64,000 nucleotides of DNA, taken from positions 119,474,001-119,538,000 of the forward strand of contig OZ024742.1 in the NCBI GenBank assembly GCA_964016885.1, in the 5' to 3' direction. The stretch is from Eledone cirrhosa. Its lineage: Eukaryota. Within the stretch, counting starts at the first letter, position 1; each line of letters begins with the position of its first letter. The notes beneath the pieces were generated by a model. It made no database searches and was not told the origin of the DNA. It was given only the letters and a program-made list of their open reading frames with translations. The position numbers were made by a program, and so were the translations under genes. This document shows, one piece after another, positions 12,408-26,383 of the stretch.

Positions 12408-12571
12408 CAGGGCCTCCGAGAGAAATTTTGCATGGCGGTACAAGACCCCTTTGGTGCCTGAAGCAGGCAAAGGTTTTTCTCAAAATGGATGTTGCATGGT
12501 TACTGTGGGGCCTTCTTAGCTCTGGGCCCCAGAACAAAGTACCAGTTGCCCCCCCCCTCTCATAGGCCCTG
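12408..12571. mobile_element. hAT-type MITE
   Basis: TIRs cagggcctccgagag / ctctcataggccctg; perfect 8-bp TSD gtagcccc at 12400-12407 and 12572-12579. Confidence 0.85.
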
Positions 12572-12988
12572 GTAGCCCCAATCAGTTGATACATAGGTAG
12601 TAAGTCAAATGACTGCTTACAATCCATCAATCCATTATTTCATATACACCATACTTTCATCTTCACCTATTTCAGCACTATAGTGTACACTGTGGTCTGC
12701 AGTAGTTTATCATATGATGTTCTATTGTCAGTCTGGGCATGTTGCCACTGCTGTCTTATCAGTTCCTGAAGGAGGGCCATGTGAACTTAATCGAAGTATC
12801 ATACTTGATGTTCTTCACTATAGTATTTGAAGCTATTTCAGTTTATTGATGTTGCTGCAATTTTTTTGTGTTTGTGTATATTGAGTTAGGTAGTTTTTTA
12901 GTTTTCTTTTTTAGGATATTTATATTGTTTTTTGTTAAAACGTATTTTCTGTGCGCAGTATCTAATAAAAACAAAGCACATTATTAAA

Positions 12989-13183
12989 AGGCAGTTGATT
13001 GTTAGTATCGGTAGAGCGTCGGACACCATGCTTTGCAGCATAGAGCTACGTCCCTTTACGGTCTGAGTTCAAATCCCGCCGAGGTTAACTTTGCCTTTCA
13101 TCCTAATGGGGGTCGATAAAATAAAGTACCAGTAATGCACTGGGTAATTGCTGGCCTTGTGCCAAAAGTAGAAACAATTATTA
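12989..13183 (+). mobile_element. tRNA-derived SINE (Nin/Deu-like core)
   Basis: Box-B-like gagttcaaatccc, core gcctttcatcct..ggggtcgataaaataaagtaccag, (ATT)n tail; many copies in the window. Confidence 0.85.
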
Positions 13184-13559
13184 AAGGGAACAGAAAAGGA
13201 AGAAGAGAAAAGAAAATGAAAAGGAGAAAAAGAAAGAAAGATCAAGTAGTGAGAGAAGTGGAGCAGGGGAGGAAAGTCACTACACCCCAGTTTAAGTGGT
13301 GTCTCAGCTATGCTCCATGGATAAAATGCCAAAAGCATTACTGCAGAGAATAGGCAGAGACACCCACTGCAACAGCCACCTCCACCTCACGGTGCTTTCT
13401 CCTCAAGTGGGCCACTGTCTTTCCAACTTGACAGATATAGTTATATATAAGGTGGTGAGGATGATGGAATATGTGGCAGCAGGGTTTGTATTATTTAGAG
13501 CTTTGAGTGTCAACAAACTGTCGAAATGGTTTATAATTTCAAGCATTTGGGTTATTGAT

Positions 13560-14205
13560 ATTGTGAATGGAGTTCTACTGAAACAGGTAGAGAAGTTCAA
13601 GTACCACAGGGCCGTGTTCACGAGTGATGGAAGGCAGGAAGCTGAATTAAGTGCAAGAATTGCATAGCTGGTGCAGTAATGCACCAGCTTTAGCATTCAG
13701 TAATTAGAAGAAGGGAGGTAGGCGCGAAAGACAAACTCACTGTCTTTAATTCGATTTTCATGCCAACCCTCACCTATGGTCATGAATCTTGGGTAATGAC
13801 CGAAAGAATACAATCGCGAATACAAGTGGCCGAAATGGGATTCCTCCAAAAGATCATTGGAGTAGCGGTACTCCATAGAGTGCATAGCTTGGAGATCAGA
13901 GAGTCACTCCAGGAAGAGTCACTACTTCACTGAATTGAGAGATCACAGCTCCAATACTATGGGCATGTGGTTAGAATGTCTCAGGAAAGAATCACTGGAC
14001 AGATTTTACGAGTGAAACCAATTAGTAGCAGACCCAGGGGTAGACCCCGAGCAAGATGGTTGGATAACATCCATGTGTTTGGATGGTCACACTTGGGGAT
14101 CCAGCCAGATCAGTTGGCGACTGCTGCTTTTGACAGGACCTGCTAGAGGGAGTAGTTGAGGACTCTGCTCTCATGACACTCTCAAGAATAAATGGGAGAA
14201 GAAGA
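13560..14205 (+). mobile_element. RTE-like LINE 3' fragment (second RTE family)
   Basis: LKQVEKFKY...VFTSDGRQEAE, PTLTYGHESWVMTERIQSRIQVAEM; RPRGRPR.RW motif; (GAA)n tail. Confidence 0.75.
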
Positions 14206-14716
14206 AAATATTGTTAGTGTTGATGTTTAGCTGTAGTGAGCTTTTATTAAATAGACATATGATCAATGCCAGTCCAGCTTTGACCATCTAATCTTTTCTC
14301 TGGCATAATGTTTCTTGAAATATATTATCAAATGTGTTCTTCCATTTTTACCAAGATGGTAGGATATGACTTGAGGAAAATTTGGCTGCGATTTCTAGCA
14401 AGTCCAGTAACCATTTAGAGGCTCCCTTGTTGGTTGAAGAAGTATGGTTTTGGTATATAGGTGATCTATAAATATGTTGTGTTGTGCAGTTTGTGATGAG
14501 GTGAAGTACAATATTTTGTTTTCTAAACAAAGGATGTGTAAACAGCAACGCACTACATGAACTGAGAGAGAAAAGTTGGTACAAAAGGAATTGAATGTAG
14601 CATGTGATATGTAAAAAGAACGAGAGTTGTATATAAAAGTGCAGAATACTTGAAGTGAATGAACATGGGATACAGTTATGAAGAATGACCTCAAGAAACA
14701 ACCTCATGAAGGCGAT

Positions 14717-14998
14717 AACATAGAACTGAGCTGACTGGTAATATGACATAGGACTGAGATGATTGGTAAAATATGTCATTATACATGACATAAGACTGAG
14801 CTGACTGGTAATATGACATTATACATGACATAGGACTGAGCTGATTGGTAATATGACATAGGGCTGAGCTGACAGGTAATATGCCATTATACATGACAGG
14901 ACTGAGCTGACTGGTAATATGACATATGATTGAGCTGACTGGTAATATGCCATTATACATGACATAGGACTGAGTTGACTGGTAATATGACATTATAC
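14717..14998. repeat. Minisatellite, ~28/40-bp units
   Basis: gacataggactgagctgactggtaatat repeated ~8 times, with an optional g[ac]cattatacat spacer. Confidence 0.85.
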
Positions 14999-15224
14999 AA
15001 GGGTTGCCTAAAAAGTCCAGGCAATATACTCTCATGAAATGACCAAATGAGATTTAGTTTTCAATATAGTCCATGAAAAGAAAAAAATGGAGTTATTAAT
15101 AAAAGAAGTGAAATTAATGCATGCAAGATTTCACAGTATCACTTCTTCATAGTCAGCCTATGAACCTTTCAGCTGACCTTCTTACATTTCATAGGACTGA
15201 ACTGAGTGGAAATATGCCATTATA

Positions 15225-15406
15225 TTGGCAGTATCGGTAGAGGGTCAAACACCATGCTTTGACGCATAGAGTTACAGCCCTTGCCATTCTGAGTTCAAAT
15301 CCCGCCGAGGTTAACTTTGCCTTTCATCCTTACGGGGTCCATAAAATAAAATACTAGTAATGTACTGGGTAATTGCTAGCCTTGTGCCAAAAGTAGAAAC
15401 AATTAT
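15225..15406 (+). mobile_element. SINE (same family as 12989)
   Basis: ttggcagtatcggtagagggtc...gagttcaaatcccgccgaggttaactttgcctttcatcc...agtagaaacaatta. Confidence 0.85.
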
Positions 15407-16729
15407 AAAAAAGTTCCATCCACCAGTACAAGCATTGTGACACTAAAAGAAAATGTGGTGAATGACTGGATGCTACAGTGTTTGATAATCAGAGACAATA
15501 TAGGGATTGCGATGACTCTTTAATGGCTGACCATACCAAATATGGAACATATGAACAATATTAGGTTGCTCTGACCCATCTGGTCCTGAAGCATTTCAAC
15601 CCATGCTGGCATAGAAAGTGGACAAAAAATGATGATGATGATTTAATTTAATGTTTTTACAGTAGTGTTATTATTTCTTTGATGTTTCACTGTTGTTTAA
15701 CCCTGGGCCAGCCTTGATTAAGCAGGCTTATAATCAAAGACATTCCACCTGTGATCCTACATTTTTTTTGGGGGGGGGGGGGGTGGAATAGTGTGTTCGA
15801 CATTAACTCTGTTATCCAATGTTTACTCTTTTAGGAGAGTAGAGTAGATTTCGAGGAAGTTTTGGCTGCTATTTCTTGAAGATCAAGCATCTACATACAA
15901 GCTCCTTATTTGCTCCATTCCTTTGTGTTAGACAAATGTGTGCCCTGAATATACTTGTTATTTTTTTATATTGAGTATGTGTGGTATGAACACTTTAGAT
16001 GTATTTCAGTCAATTCTGTATGTGTGGCATAGCTGAGTGTAACAGCTAGTTGTTTGATGTTCCTTCATGTTGCAGGTATGAAGGAAATGGTGGATTTGGT
16101 AAGTGCTATTTTTATCCGTTTATTTAGAGTCAGGTTTCTAGGTGATTGATATAGAATTTCACGTAGTTGACATAGATTTGAAGCTATTGTGCAGCTATGC
16201 CTGCACAATGTTGGAAACGAGTTAACTATGTTGTTACCTGTGTACATGTTTTGTAGGGTATGGAAAGCCATGTAGCTATAAGTTAAAATGGGTAGGTGAA
16301 AAGATCTATATACTTGTATATAATCTAAGAATATGTGATAAAAGAAAAAAATCAATGGTAAAAGGAGGTGGGGGAGTTGGCTTATATTCGAGGTCAATAT
16401 TTTGCCCATTTTCACCAACTTCAAAATTGTATGTAAATGAGGTGCTAAAATATTTTTGCTTTGGAGGTGAATATTACACCAGTTTGACTTTAGATGTGAA
16501 TATTACACCAGTTTCACTTTCAACATGAAATTTGTTTTTCCTATTGCCTTTTTATGTGTTTGAATGAATATGGCTTTCAAAACAGTTGGAAATTGGTAAA
16601 AAGTCATTATGTGAGACAAAAACTATACTCTGAATGATACTTAAAATATTTTAAATATCAAAATATTAAAACATACTTTCAGAATGCTATGTTAAAATGA
16701 TGGTAAGAATAACCCTTAAATTGTCAATA

Positions 16730-17260
16730 CCACAAAACGTGGAATAGAGAGGAAGTAGACAAGTAAAACTCACAAAACTGGCTAAGAATCACTGGACTAA
16801 AAGCTGAGTTGGAAGGATTTTTAATTGCAGGACAAGATCAACGTCTCCCCACCAGAAACCACAAGAAGTACATAATGAAGCAGAAGATAGTAAGTAACTC
16901 CAGAATATGTGGTAATGAGGAAGAAACAATTAATCACATTATCTCTGGCTGTTTAGTTTTAGCCAGAAAGGAATACATCCACAGACATAATAGAGTAGGG
17001 ACTTATATTCACTGGAAATTATGCCAACATTATGAAATACCAACAAAAAAAGATGGTACAGGCCAGAAAAGGTATCAGAGAATGACAAAGCAACTATTCT
17101 CTGGGATATGCCAATACACACAGACAGGAAGGTTAAAGCCAACTAACTGGATATTATAGTTAAAGACCATAAAGAAATAAATGTCTTCTAATCGATGTAT
17201 CAATCTTCACAGATGACACTACATCTATCAAGGAAATGGAGAAACTATCCAAATATAAAA
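16730..17260 (+). mobile_element. R4/Dong-clade non-LTR retrotransposon C-terminal fragment (CCHC and RLE region)
   Basis: LKAELEGFLIAGQDQRLPTRNH...RICGNEEETINHIISGCLVLARKEYIHRHNRV..YIHWKLC. Confidence 0.75.
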
Positions 17261-17369
17261 ATGTAGACCAATATAAAAATTATCAACCATGAAAGGAGGA
17301 AAAGCAAAGTTGACCCTGGTGGGATTTGAACACAGGCCATAACTATATGCCACAAAGTAAATTATCTTA

Positions 17370-18090
17370 TGCTCTATCAATACTAGAAAGTACAGCGGGT
17401 GGATCTTGCGCACCTTCAAATCAAGAGATACCTCAACAATGAAAACCCTCTGGAACAGTATGGTACTTCCGAGGATTGACTATTGTTCTCAGTTGTGGTC
17501 ACCAACAACAAAGGGCCAACTATCTAAGATGGAATCGCTCCAAAGAAATTTTACCTCATACTTCTCAGAAACGAGGGACCTGGACTATTGGCAAAGACTC
17601 AAAACCTTGAAGATGTACTCAATAGAAAGAAGATTTGAGCGATACCGAATTATATACATTTGGAAAATGATAGAGCAAAAGGTGCCAAACTTTGGTATCA
17701 AAACCTACCACTCACTGCGCCACGGAAGACGCTGCCAGCTACCACCAATCAACAAAAGGGCTGGCCAGGCAGCAAAAATCCTGCGAGAGTCAAGTCTGTT
17801 GGTTCGAGGGGCACAACTATTCAACTCCATTCCGGTACATGTCAGAAATCTATCAGGATGCAGTGTGGAATCATTCAAATTGCAGCTGGATAGATACTTA
17901 AGCACCATTAGAGATGAACCCCATCTCCCAGGATATACACAACGAGCACAAACTGACTCAAACTCGCTCCTACACATGTCAAAATTAAACAGAGAATCCA
18001 ACCTGGCAACCACACCAGACTCTGAGGGTGGAGTCTTCGACTTGGCCTGAGCATGGACTCAAACTCAAATGAAATGAAATGAAATGAATA
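17370..18090 (+). mobile_element. CR1/L2-group LINE 3' fragment with intact ORF end
   Basis: ORF 17406-18050: LWNSMVLPRIDYCSQLWSP..LESLQRNFT..YWQRLK.LKMYSIERR..RY..LFNSIP..FK.QLD.YL; (GAAAT)n tail. Confidence 0.85.
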
Positions 18091-18169
18091 CTGTCAACCC
18101 AACGCCCACAATAATAATAATAGTTTCTGACTTAGGCACAAGGCCAACAATTTTAGGGGAGGGAAAATC

Positions 18170-18860
18170 GAGAAGGTATTCTCTGGCTGACCTGTATATG
18201 CTGGGTGGCTTGGATTTCTGGAAAGGCACCTAAGCAATGGCAATCAGGAGTGATAATCCTGATTTTCAAAAAAGGAGAAAAGACAAATTATTCCAATTAC
18301 AGAGGAATCACCTTGTTAAGCCCCCCTGGTAAAGTCTATGCTAAGTGTCTGACAAAGAGTTGCAGGGAGATTGTTGAGTCCAAGCTAGCTGATGAACAGT
18401 GTGGTTTTCTTCCCTGACACAGCACAGCTGACCAAATATTCACACTGCAGCAGGTCTTTGAGAAATCATGGGAGTATTGCCAAGAGGTATATTCTTATTT
18501 TGTCGAATGTGAAAAGGCATATGACTGCGTTCCTCAGAACCTGCTGTGGAAGGTTCTGCAGGAGTATGGGATCGATGGTCAGCTTCTTGCTGCCATGATA
18601 TCTTTATATGAATGTCCGAGTATTTGTGTTTGGATAAATGGTGCTAAATTGAAACCATTTAATGTGAGAGCAGGATTCCACAAAGGATGCATACTGTCGC
18701 CTCTCTTGTTCATTATTTACACCAACAGGATTGACATGCTCAGCCGAGCTGGAAGTGATATCATGACTGGTGGGTGTCAAATCAGTAAGCTGGAATTTGC
18801 AGATGATATGGTGTTACTTAACTCGACAGAAAGTGATCTCTGACTTGCACTTGATAGGGT
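18170..18860 (+). mobile_element. RTE-like RT fragment
   Basis: WQSGVII.IFKKG...NYRGITLLS, EQCGF, GCILSPLLF, EFADD. Confidence 0.8.
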
Positions 18861-19429
18861 TGTGGAAGAGACAGGTCCTGTTAGTGAGAAGTTTCCATGC
18901 TTTGCAGCATAGAGTTATGACCCTTTATGTTCTAAGTTCAAAACCTGCTGAGGTTAGCTTTGCCTTTCATCCTTACAGGGTCGGTAAATAAAAGCACTAG
19001 TAATGTACTGGGGTCGATTTAATTGACTTTCCCCTCCCCTCCCCCAAATTGATGGCCTTGTGCCTAAAGTAGAAATCATTATTGATGATGCATAGGTAGC
19101 ATACTGAGGCTGGAATATCTGCAGTGATTCCTGGACAATGACAACAATGAAGAAGTGTGGTTGCTTTTTATGCAAAATCCTTTCCTACAATTTAGCTCTG
19201 TGACAGAGCTGCACTCCTGAGTCAAGTGTTGGGCATTTGTCATTAGAAATGTTTCCAGGTGTTTACTGGACTCTACAAAAATGCACCATGTAATCAGTAG
19301 AAAGTCAACCATCACAGTCTAAAGTGTGCTAGTGGAAGAGTTGAGCAATAACAGTCTGAGAGTAATTATGAACATTACTGAGGATAGTCTCAGTAGCTGC
19401 CTCTTCTGGTGGATTTTCAGATCAAGTAT

Positions 19430-19870
19430 CATGGTAGTGTGACGTGGGCAGCAACTGTGGAGGATATGCGAAGGCTGGAGAAAATTGAAGTAAGCATGCT
19501 CCGATGGATGTGCAATGTCAATGTGAGTGAATGACCAAGCATGGACGAGTTGAGAGAGAAACTGTGTATAAGAGGAATAAACTATAGTGTGCATGAGAGA
19601 AGACTACATTAGTATGACCATATGATGTGCATGGAAAATGACCACTGGGTAAAGAACTTCTAAGTAATCCCAGTGGAAGGAAGATGCAGTAGAGGAAGAC
19701 AATGGAAAACATTGGTGTAGGTGATGAGAGCTGACTTCAGATCAATGAAGTTCATGGAGGAGATGACGAAGACCTGTGACAAATGGAAAGATGCTGTGCT
19801 GAAGAGGACCCGTCCCACTCTTGCAAGCAGGGAAAAGTAGATGTAAAATGATGATGATGATGATGATTAT
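19430..19870 (+). mobile_element. RTE LINE 3' fragment
   Basis: Reverse-complement match to 4083-4500; (GAT)n tail. Confidence 0.75.
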
Positions 19871-20394
19871 GATATTATAGATAACCGCCAAATTCCCTTG
19901 TTCTGGCAGTGTTGCTACAGAGAGTCTTTGTCTGTTTGGGATAATCTCAGACGTGTTGAAGCCACCAGCAACCAGATCTGTCCAAGATGTGTGCATGCTT
20001 ATAAAACTGTCTGGCACACACTTATCTAGACTCCAGCCATTTCTGGTTTGTGGGTTTATGTTAGGCAACTGTTATTTCATGTAGGATGGATCTTGGCTGT
20101 CAGCTGAGTCTGTTAGGAAGAGCAAACTACTGCTTTCCTTTGGTAAGGAAGAATAGGTAGCATTCCTTTGTCTGGTGGCTATGGCAAAGAAAGGAATACA
20201 GTGGTATTGGTTGAAAGGCTTGAATTCAGAATTTTTTTTCTCTTAGTTGAAGTCCTTATCAACTTCTTCACATACTACTTGAGGAGAAAGATGTCAAAGG
20301 AGGGGCTTACAACCAGTAAATTTCCTTAAAGGTGGGTGAGAATGTAAAAAATAGCTTGGTTAAATGAGTCCACATAATCTATGTGGTTGTAGGG

Positions 20395-21020
20395 TGGTGC
20401 TTTGTGGCATATAGTTACATCCCTTTACGTTCTGAGTTCAAATCCAGCTGAAATTAATTTTGCTTATCATCCTTACAGGGTCGATAAAATAAAATACCTG
20501 TAATGCACTAGGATCGATTTCATCAACTTTTCCCTATCTCAAAATTGTTGGCTTTGTGCCTAAATCAGAAACCATTATTATTAGGATTGCCAGAATCGGT
20601 AGAGTGTTGGACAATATGCTTTGCTGCATAGTTACATCCCTTTACATCTTGAGTTCAAATCCTGCCGAAGTTAAGCTTTGCCTTTAATCCTAACAGGGTC
20701 AATAAAATAAAGTACCAGTAACGAACTAGGGTTGATTTAATCGACTTTCCCTTCCATTCAAATTGTTGGCCTTGTGCCTAAATCAGAAACCATTATTATT
20801 ATTATTGAAAGAAGGGCTGAGATTGCTGAGCAATGCAGTATTTAGTTTGATCCCTTTATATTAAAAGTTGAAACCCTGCTGAGATAAACTTTGTCTTACA
20901 TCCATCTGGGGTCAATTAAATACAAGCTATTACATATTAAGGTTGATTCAATTATTTGGTTCTTTTCCCTGAACATTTCTGGGATTCTTCTAAAGACAGA
21001 GATCATTATTATTATTATTA
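20395..21020 (+). mobile_element. Three tandem SINE copies
   Basis: Three successive ...gagttcaaatcc...tttgcctt.catcc...gataaaataaa...(ATT)n units. Confidence 0.75.
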
Positions 21021-23180
21021 TCCAAATATATGTTTACAATATATAGAAATGAGTGAATAAACAGGACATTTAATTTTATGTATTCCAGTTGCTTTCTATT
21101 CTCATATCAATATTATGTTGTTTTTGATCTTTAGAAATTCCTTGGTGAAAAAAAGAGAAACATTTGAATATGTTTGGTAACAATCATTAATTCCATCACA
21201 GCTCTAACCTTTAAGCACAGAAACATTCATTTGTTGAATTTACAGCATTATCAGAAATAAGAAATATTTGCTTTAAAGCTTTGTCTTTTACAATAGATTA
21301 GAGAAGACACGCTTTTATTAGACTGAATAGAATTTGGTATCTGCCAGAGCATGGCAGAATATTGAGAACCTTAATCCATTTACAAATAACTCCATCTACA
21401 ATTATCCTAACACTCTTTCTCTAGATGACTGCATGAGCTTCAACAAAAAGAATCAAAACTATGCCAATACCAAACTGTTTTCAGGAACTACATCACATCC
21501 TTTCAACAGGGAAGCATAAATTGATCTTAGCTATGTTGCTTGTTATGCATAGTCACGTTATACTCTACCAACTTTACAATCTGGCTGTAAATACCGAGGG
21601 TTTAATTCATTCTTTAACAGTGAGATGCTATGTTAAATATAATAAGGACTGGAATGCTGTTGTTTTATATTTTCTTACATATAGAATGATGGTTATAATT
21701 TTGCTCAGTTAGTTAATATTGGTTAGAAAACTAAATTGACCTTGTTCTCTTGGAATATCATTAAATGAGACACCATGAAAAGTTTAACAATAAATGAATG
21801 TGTTTATGGTGGTCTAACTTGTCTAATAACAGTCCTATAGTCCATTGTAGGTAGGTGTTTAACAAGTATGCAGGTATTCACAGCTATATGGATGAGCCGG
21901 AAAAAAAATCAATATATTTTAACTGTCAAATATATAGTGTCTAACTAGAAGAGCTGAAAATAATTTTGCAAGAAATTCTCTCAACTAACATCAGGAAAAA
22001 AGAACAAATATATTAACACAGACCACCATTTTAAATTGTCTAACGTAAATGTCCTTTTTTAAACACTCTAATAAATATCTTATTCGTTGTAATTTATTTA
22101 ACTACCTAATTAAGTTAAAGGAGACGTTTTTGTTAATATATAAATGCCATTTGATGTTTTTAAAAAAACTATCAATTCTTAAAGTGTGTATTTGCTCTTT
22201 AAATGGAGCATGTGATTGTCATTGTGTAAGCAGGTGACACACAAGTTATAGAGGTTCACCTGTCCAGTGGAAACAATCAGTTAGCTGTGTCAGAGTACAT
22301 TTAATACTACCTGTCTGGCCAAGCTACTTGAAGCAACAAATGGAACACACCTCAGGCTAAATAACTGATGGCTTTGAAATAGCTTTAAACTATCAAAATT
22401 AGAGACATGCTCCTGTTGGTGGAATATGACTTCGTTGGGGCTGGGGTGGAGCAAGTCATAGCTTTGTTATTGTATCTGTATTTACTAGAGGCCATACTTA
22501 TGATTGAATTATAAATATTTATATAATATTAAGGAAATGACTAATATAAGACAATATTCAGTTACTTTTCCTCCATTTTTTTGCCATGGCATATGCAGTC
22601 AATAGAAGAGAAATATATACTTCTGAGAGTTGTAAATTGTAAAACACAATTGTGTTCAACAGTTTCTTTTATTATTCAAACTAAAAATATTTTCCCATTG
22701 ACTTGAGATCAAATTGAAGAAACAATTATTGCAAGTGAAAAAAATAAAACTAAACAAAATCTATACAGTCAGCTCTCACACACCTACATAATCACTTTTC
22801 ATAGCAGTATTGCTTAGATGTATTGGCAGAAAGATTGTTTACAGCCTATCTGGTCCCAATGTTTATTTTCAGATAACGTTACCTATCCTAATTATATTCC
22901 ATGTCCTGCATGACCTATCTCTATTTCTCTGAGAAATTACAGAATAAAGTCAAATAAAAAATAAATTCTAAAAATAGATACCCCAATGAAATATATTTGT
23001 TGAACAAATTCTTTTATAAGAGGTTTAAAAATAATTTTTATTGTTATCCTAAAATTTTATTTGGATTTATGTCTAGGATATTCTCACAAAATACAATTAC
23101 AACATTATAAAAATACACGTGTTTAACATATGCACTTTTGATTGTCGTACTGTCTATTTTAGTTCTAATTTAATGTCTGT

Positions 23181-23480
23181 GAAGGTACATGGCTTAGTGG
23201 TTAGAGCATTGGGCTGGCAACTGAGAGGTTATGAGTTCAATTTTTAGTTCAGGTGATGCGTTGTGTCCTTCAGCAAAACACTTTATTTCACGTTGCTCCA
23301 GTTTACTCAGCTGTAGAAATAAGTTGCGATGTCACTGGTGCCAAGCTGCATTGGCCATTGCCTTTTCCTTGGATAACATCAGTGGTGTGGAGAAGGGAGG
23401 CTGGTATACATGGGTGACTGCTGGTCTTCAACAAACACACCTTGCCTAGGTTTGTGCCTCGGAGGGGAACTTTCTAGCTG
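23181..23480 (+). mobile_element. tRNA-headed SINE, second family (CORE-like gtgtcctt.agcaa.acact)
   Basis: Box A tggcttagtggttagagc, box B gagttcaa; similar degraded copy at ~3430-3640. Confidence 0.6.
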
Positions 23481-25289
23481 CAAAACTATGGTCATTAATG
23501 AGTCTATAGTTGTTGAGTTTGTATTCCATAGTAGACCCCACTGGAACTTTACTTTAAACAACTTACTGTCTTCTTTTGCTGCTGGTTGAAAAGAATACAT
23601 CAATTTACTGGGTTTGTGAATCTGCAATAAAGCATAACTAGAACTGTCTAATGAACTTAAATTATCTGAAAATAATTATGAAAGTTAATTAGGATTTTCT
23701 AGCATATAAAATTATACAGAACACTTAACCCTTTAGCATTTATCTTACTCTATATTTACTATTGTATTTTCACAGTAAACATTTTATCTCACAAAATTAT
23801 CTCACATAGTGTCGAATCTATGAGATTTTGATATTATTTATTTTAAGAACAATACTTTAACATGAGTATGAGCAGCCGGTTATGGTCGGTTTGAACAAAA
23901 AGAGGTGAGAGAATTCTGGCTGAATATGGCTGGTTTAAATGCTAAAGGATTAAAAACCAATAGGATTTTATGACAATGAATAATAGAATTAAATGACAAC
24001 TTTGGGGCATCCCACTGGACAACCAAGGATAGGAAAGGACTCCTCTCTATCACAATACTAGGGAATATGGGTGTCAGATCTAAGCATACTCAGCCTGACC
24101 CCATATTACTCCATTTCATTCTTCTCACAGCCACTCAATGGCAATTACTACCCTATAACTTATGAAACATATTAAACTTCAAATTTAGCTTTAGATAGAT
24201 GAGGTGTTGTCATTTCATTTTTAATTTTCCATAATTTAAATTATGAAAATATATTTGGCATATCAAACTATTTCAGTATTCATTAGATTGGAATTGAAAA
24301 AAATAAAGAATGACACCAGTTATACCACCATTCAGTTAACCACTCATTACAATCTTGTACAAAGAGGGAGGAATTGGACACATCCCCTGATATATAAAAT
24401 GACAGGACAGTCATGGGTCAGCTTATTCAAATTTGATGCAGGCCTAAACAACAACAGGTACTGTGATAAAACAAATCTTTGTTACTTTCACATCTTACCA
24501 CAACACTGTTGAAATATCTTAATATTACATAGTCCTCTCTAAACACTAATCCTAACCCTTCCTAATCCCTAATCTTAACTTTCCTTAAACACTTATCCTA
24601 ACCCTCCCTAGTCGCTAATCTTTCTTCCTTCTCATCCCATCCTTATATCTGAGGGTCAGGGGTCATGGACTTATGAACCAGCACTCTCCATCTTTTCCTA
24701 TCTCTTGCCATTGCCATACATTCTGCCAAACTCCTTCCTGTCCATTCCTTTATATCATCTGTCCATCTTCTTTTCTGCTGTCCCCTGTATTCATCCTAAT
24801 CTTAACTTTCCCTAAACACTAATCCTAACCCTTCCTTAAACCTTAATTCTAGACCTCAACCTGATCCTATTTGTATTGGGCTTTTTTTTCTTTTTTCTAT
24901 GGTACCATCAAAATATTTGTAGAGTGCAATGTAATTTGTTGCTTGTTTGGAGAAAACTAATAGAGAATATGATATTTATGCTTTTCCTAGGAATATTTAT
25001 GATGTTGCTGCAGTAGAATGGTTCCAGTTGGTAACAACATTTGAATTGCTGAAACAGCAATCTTTTTAAAGCAGCTTGTCTTATTTATTTTCTGTGAGGA
25101 AATGATTGCTCCTAAATTTTATCAAATTCATATTTCACCTAATCAAAGAACTGTTTGCTATATATTGCATACACATATGTGCAAGCACACACACATATAT
25201 ATTATAATTAAAATTTCATACACTTAATTAGGTCTCTTGTAATAGATTGAACATTGTTTTCCTGGCATTTTATCTACAGATATTGCACA

Positions 25290-25416
25290 CAAATATGTAT
25301 ATATATATATATATACATACATACATATATACATATATATATGTATATATATATATATACATACATACATATATACATATATATATGTATATATATATAT
25401 ATACATACATATATAC

Positions 25417-25447
<31 letters not shown>

Positions 25448-25515
25448 TACATACATACATATATACATATATATATGTATATATATATATACATACATAC
25501 ATATATACATATATA
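25290..25515. repeat. Compound (TA)n/(TACA)n microsatellite
   Basis: Direct inspection. Confidence 0.9.
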
Positions 25516-25516
25516 T

Positions 25517-25873
25517 ATAAATATGTACACGTACATACATATATGTATACAGACGTACAGTAGTATGTATATATATATATACATACATGCACACATATAT
25601 ATATGTACGTATGGATTCACCGAACATTTATTATAATGAGCAACGATGGTTGCTAGACACTACGGCTTAATACGGAATGTTTGTTTACAAACACACCGAG
25701 CATTATAATAAATGTTCGGTGAATCCATACGTACATATATATATGTGCATGTATGTATATATATATACATACTACTGTACGTCTCTATACATATATGTAT
25801 GTACGTGTACATACTTATATTTAAGTAACAGCCGCGTACTAAGAGTGGGAAATGAAATTTCGTTTCATTTTTT

Positions 25874-25877
<4 letters not shown>
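25517..25877. mobile_element. Fold-back PLE-type element in (TA)n (family F2)
   Basis: Arms ~25517-25638 / 25701-25821 plus a ~55-nt tail; same family at 56472-57046 and 58202-58645. Confidence 0.75.
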
Positions 25878-25926
<49 letters not shown>

Positions 25927-26167
25927 AAAAGAGTAAGGACCCCGACAGCTGAGCTCCGGCTGTTTCGACAGTTGGATCCGTACTGTTGTTATATATATAT
26001 ATATATTGATTTAAAACTGCACTATTCACAAGTGTGTTTTAACCTTCATATCATGTCTCCCTATTTTATCTGACGAAAACGCAAATGTTATTGCATGATG
26101 ATATTTGTTTTTGAAATGCGCATAATAAAATACATGGAACTCTTTTAACCATCTTTTGATCTTATAT

Positions 26168-26228
<61 letters not shown>

Positions 26229-26328
26229 TATGGCCCACTCTACTACTCCAAGTATCGAGTACTCTGGTGAGTAATGGTCTAACTGTTTTTTACTGCATCC
26301 ATTTTGATTTATATATATATATATATAT

Positions 26329-26383
<55 letters not shown>

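Noticed and set aside
14717-14998. CRISPR-like array
   Set aside because: No unique spacers and no cas genes; eukaryotic minisatellite.
23181-23260. tRNA gene
   Set aside because: Only A/B-box-like head without a full cloverleaf, continuing into a SINE body.
24535-24860. CCTAACCCT repeats as interstitial telomere
   Set aside because: Irregular and degenerate, interrupted by a LINE tail; not a clean (TTAGGG)n array.
25224-26380. YI/IY/VC-rich ORFs (also at 52-60 kb)
   Set aside because: Translation artefacts of TA/CA microsatellites.
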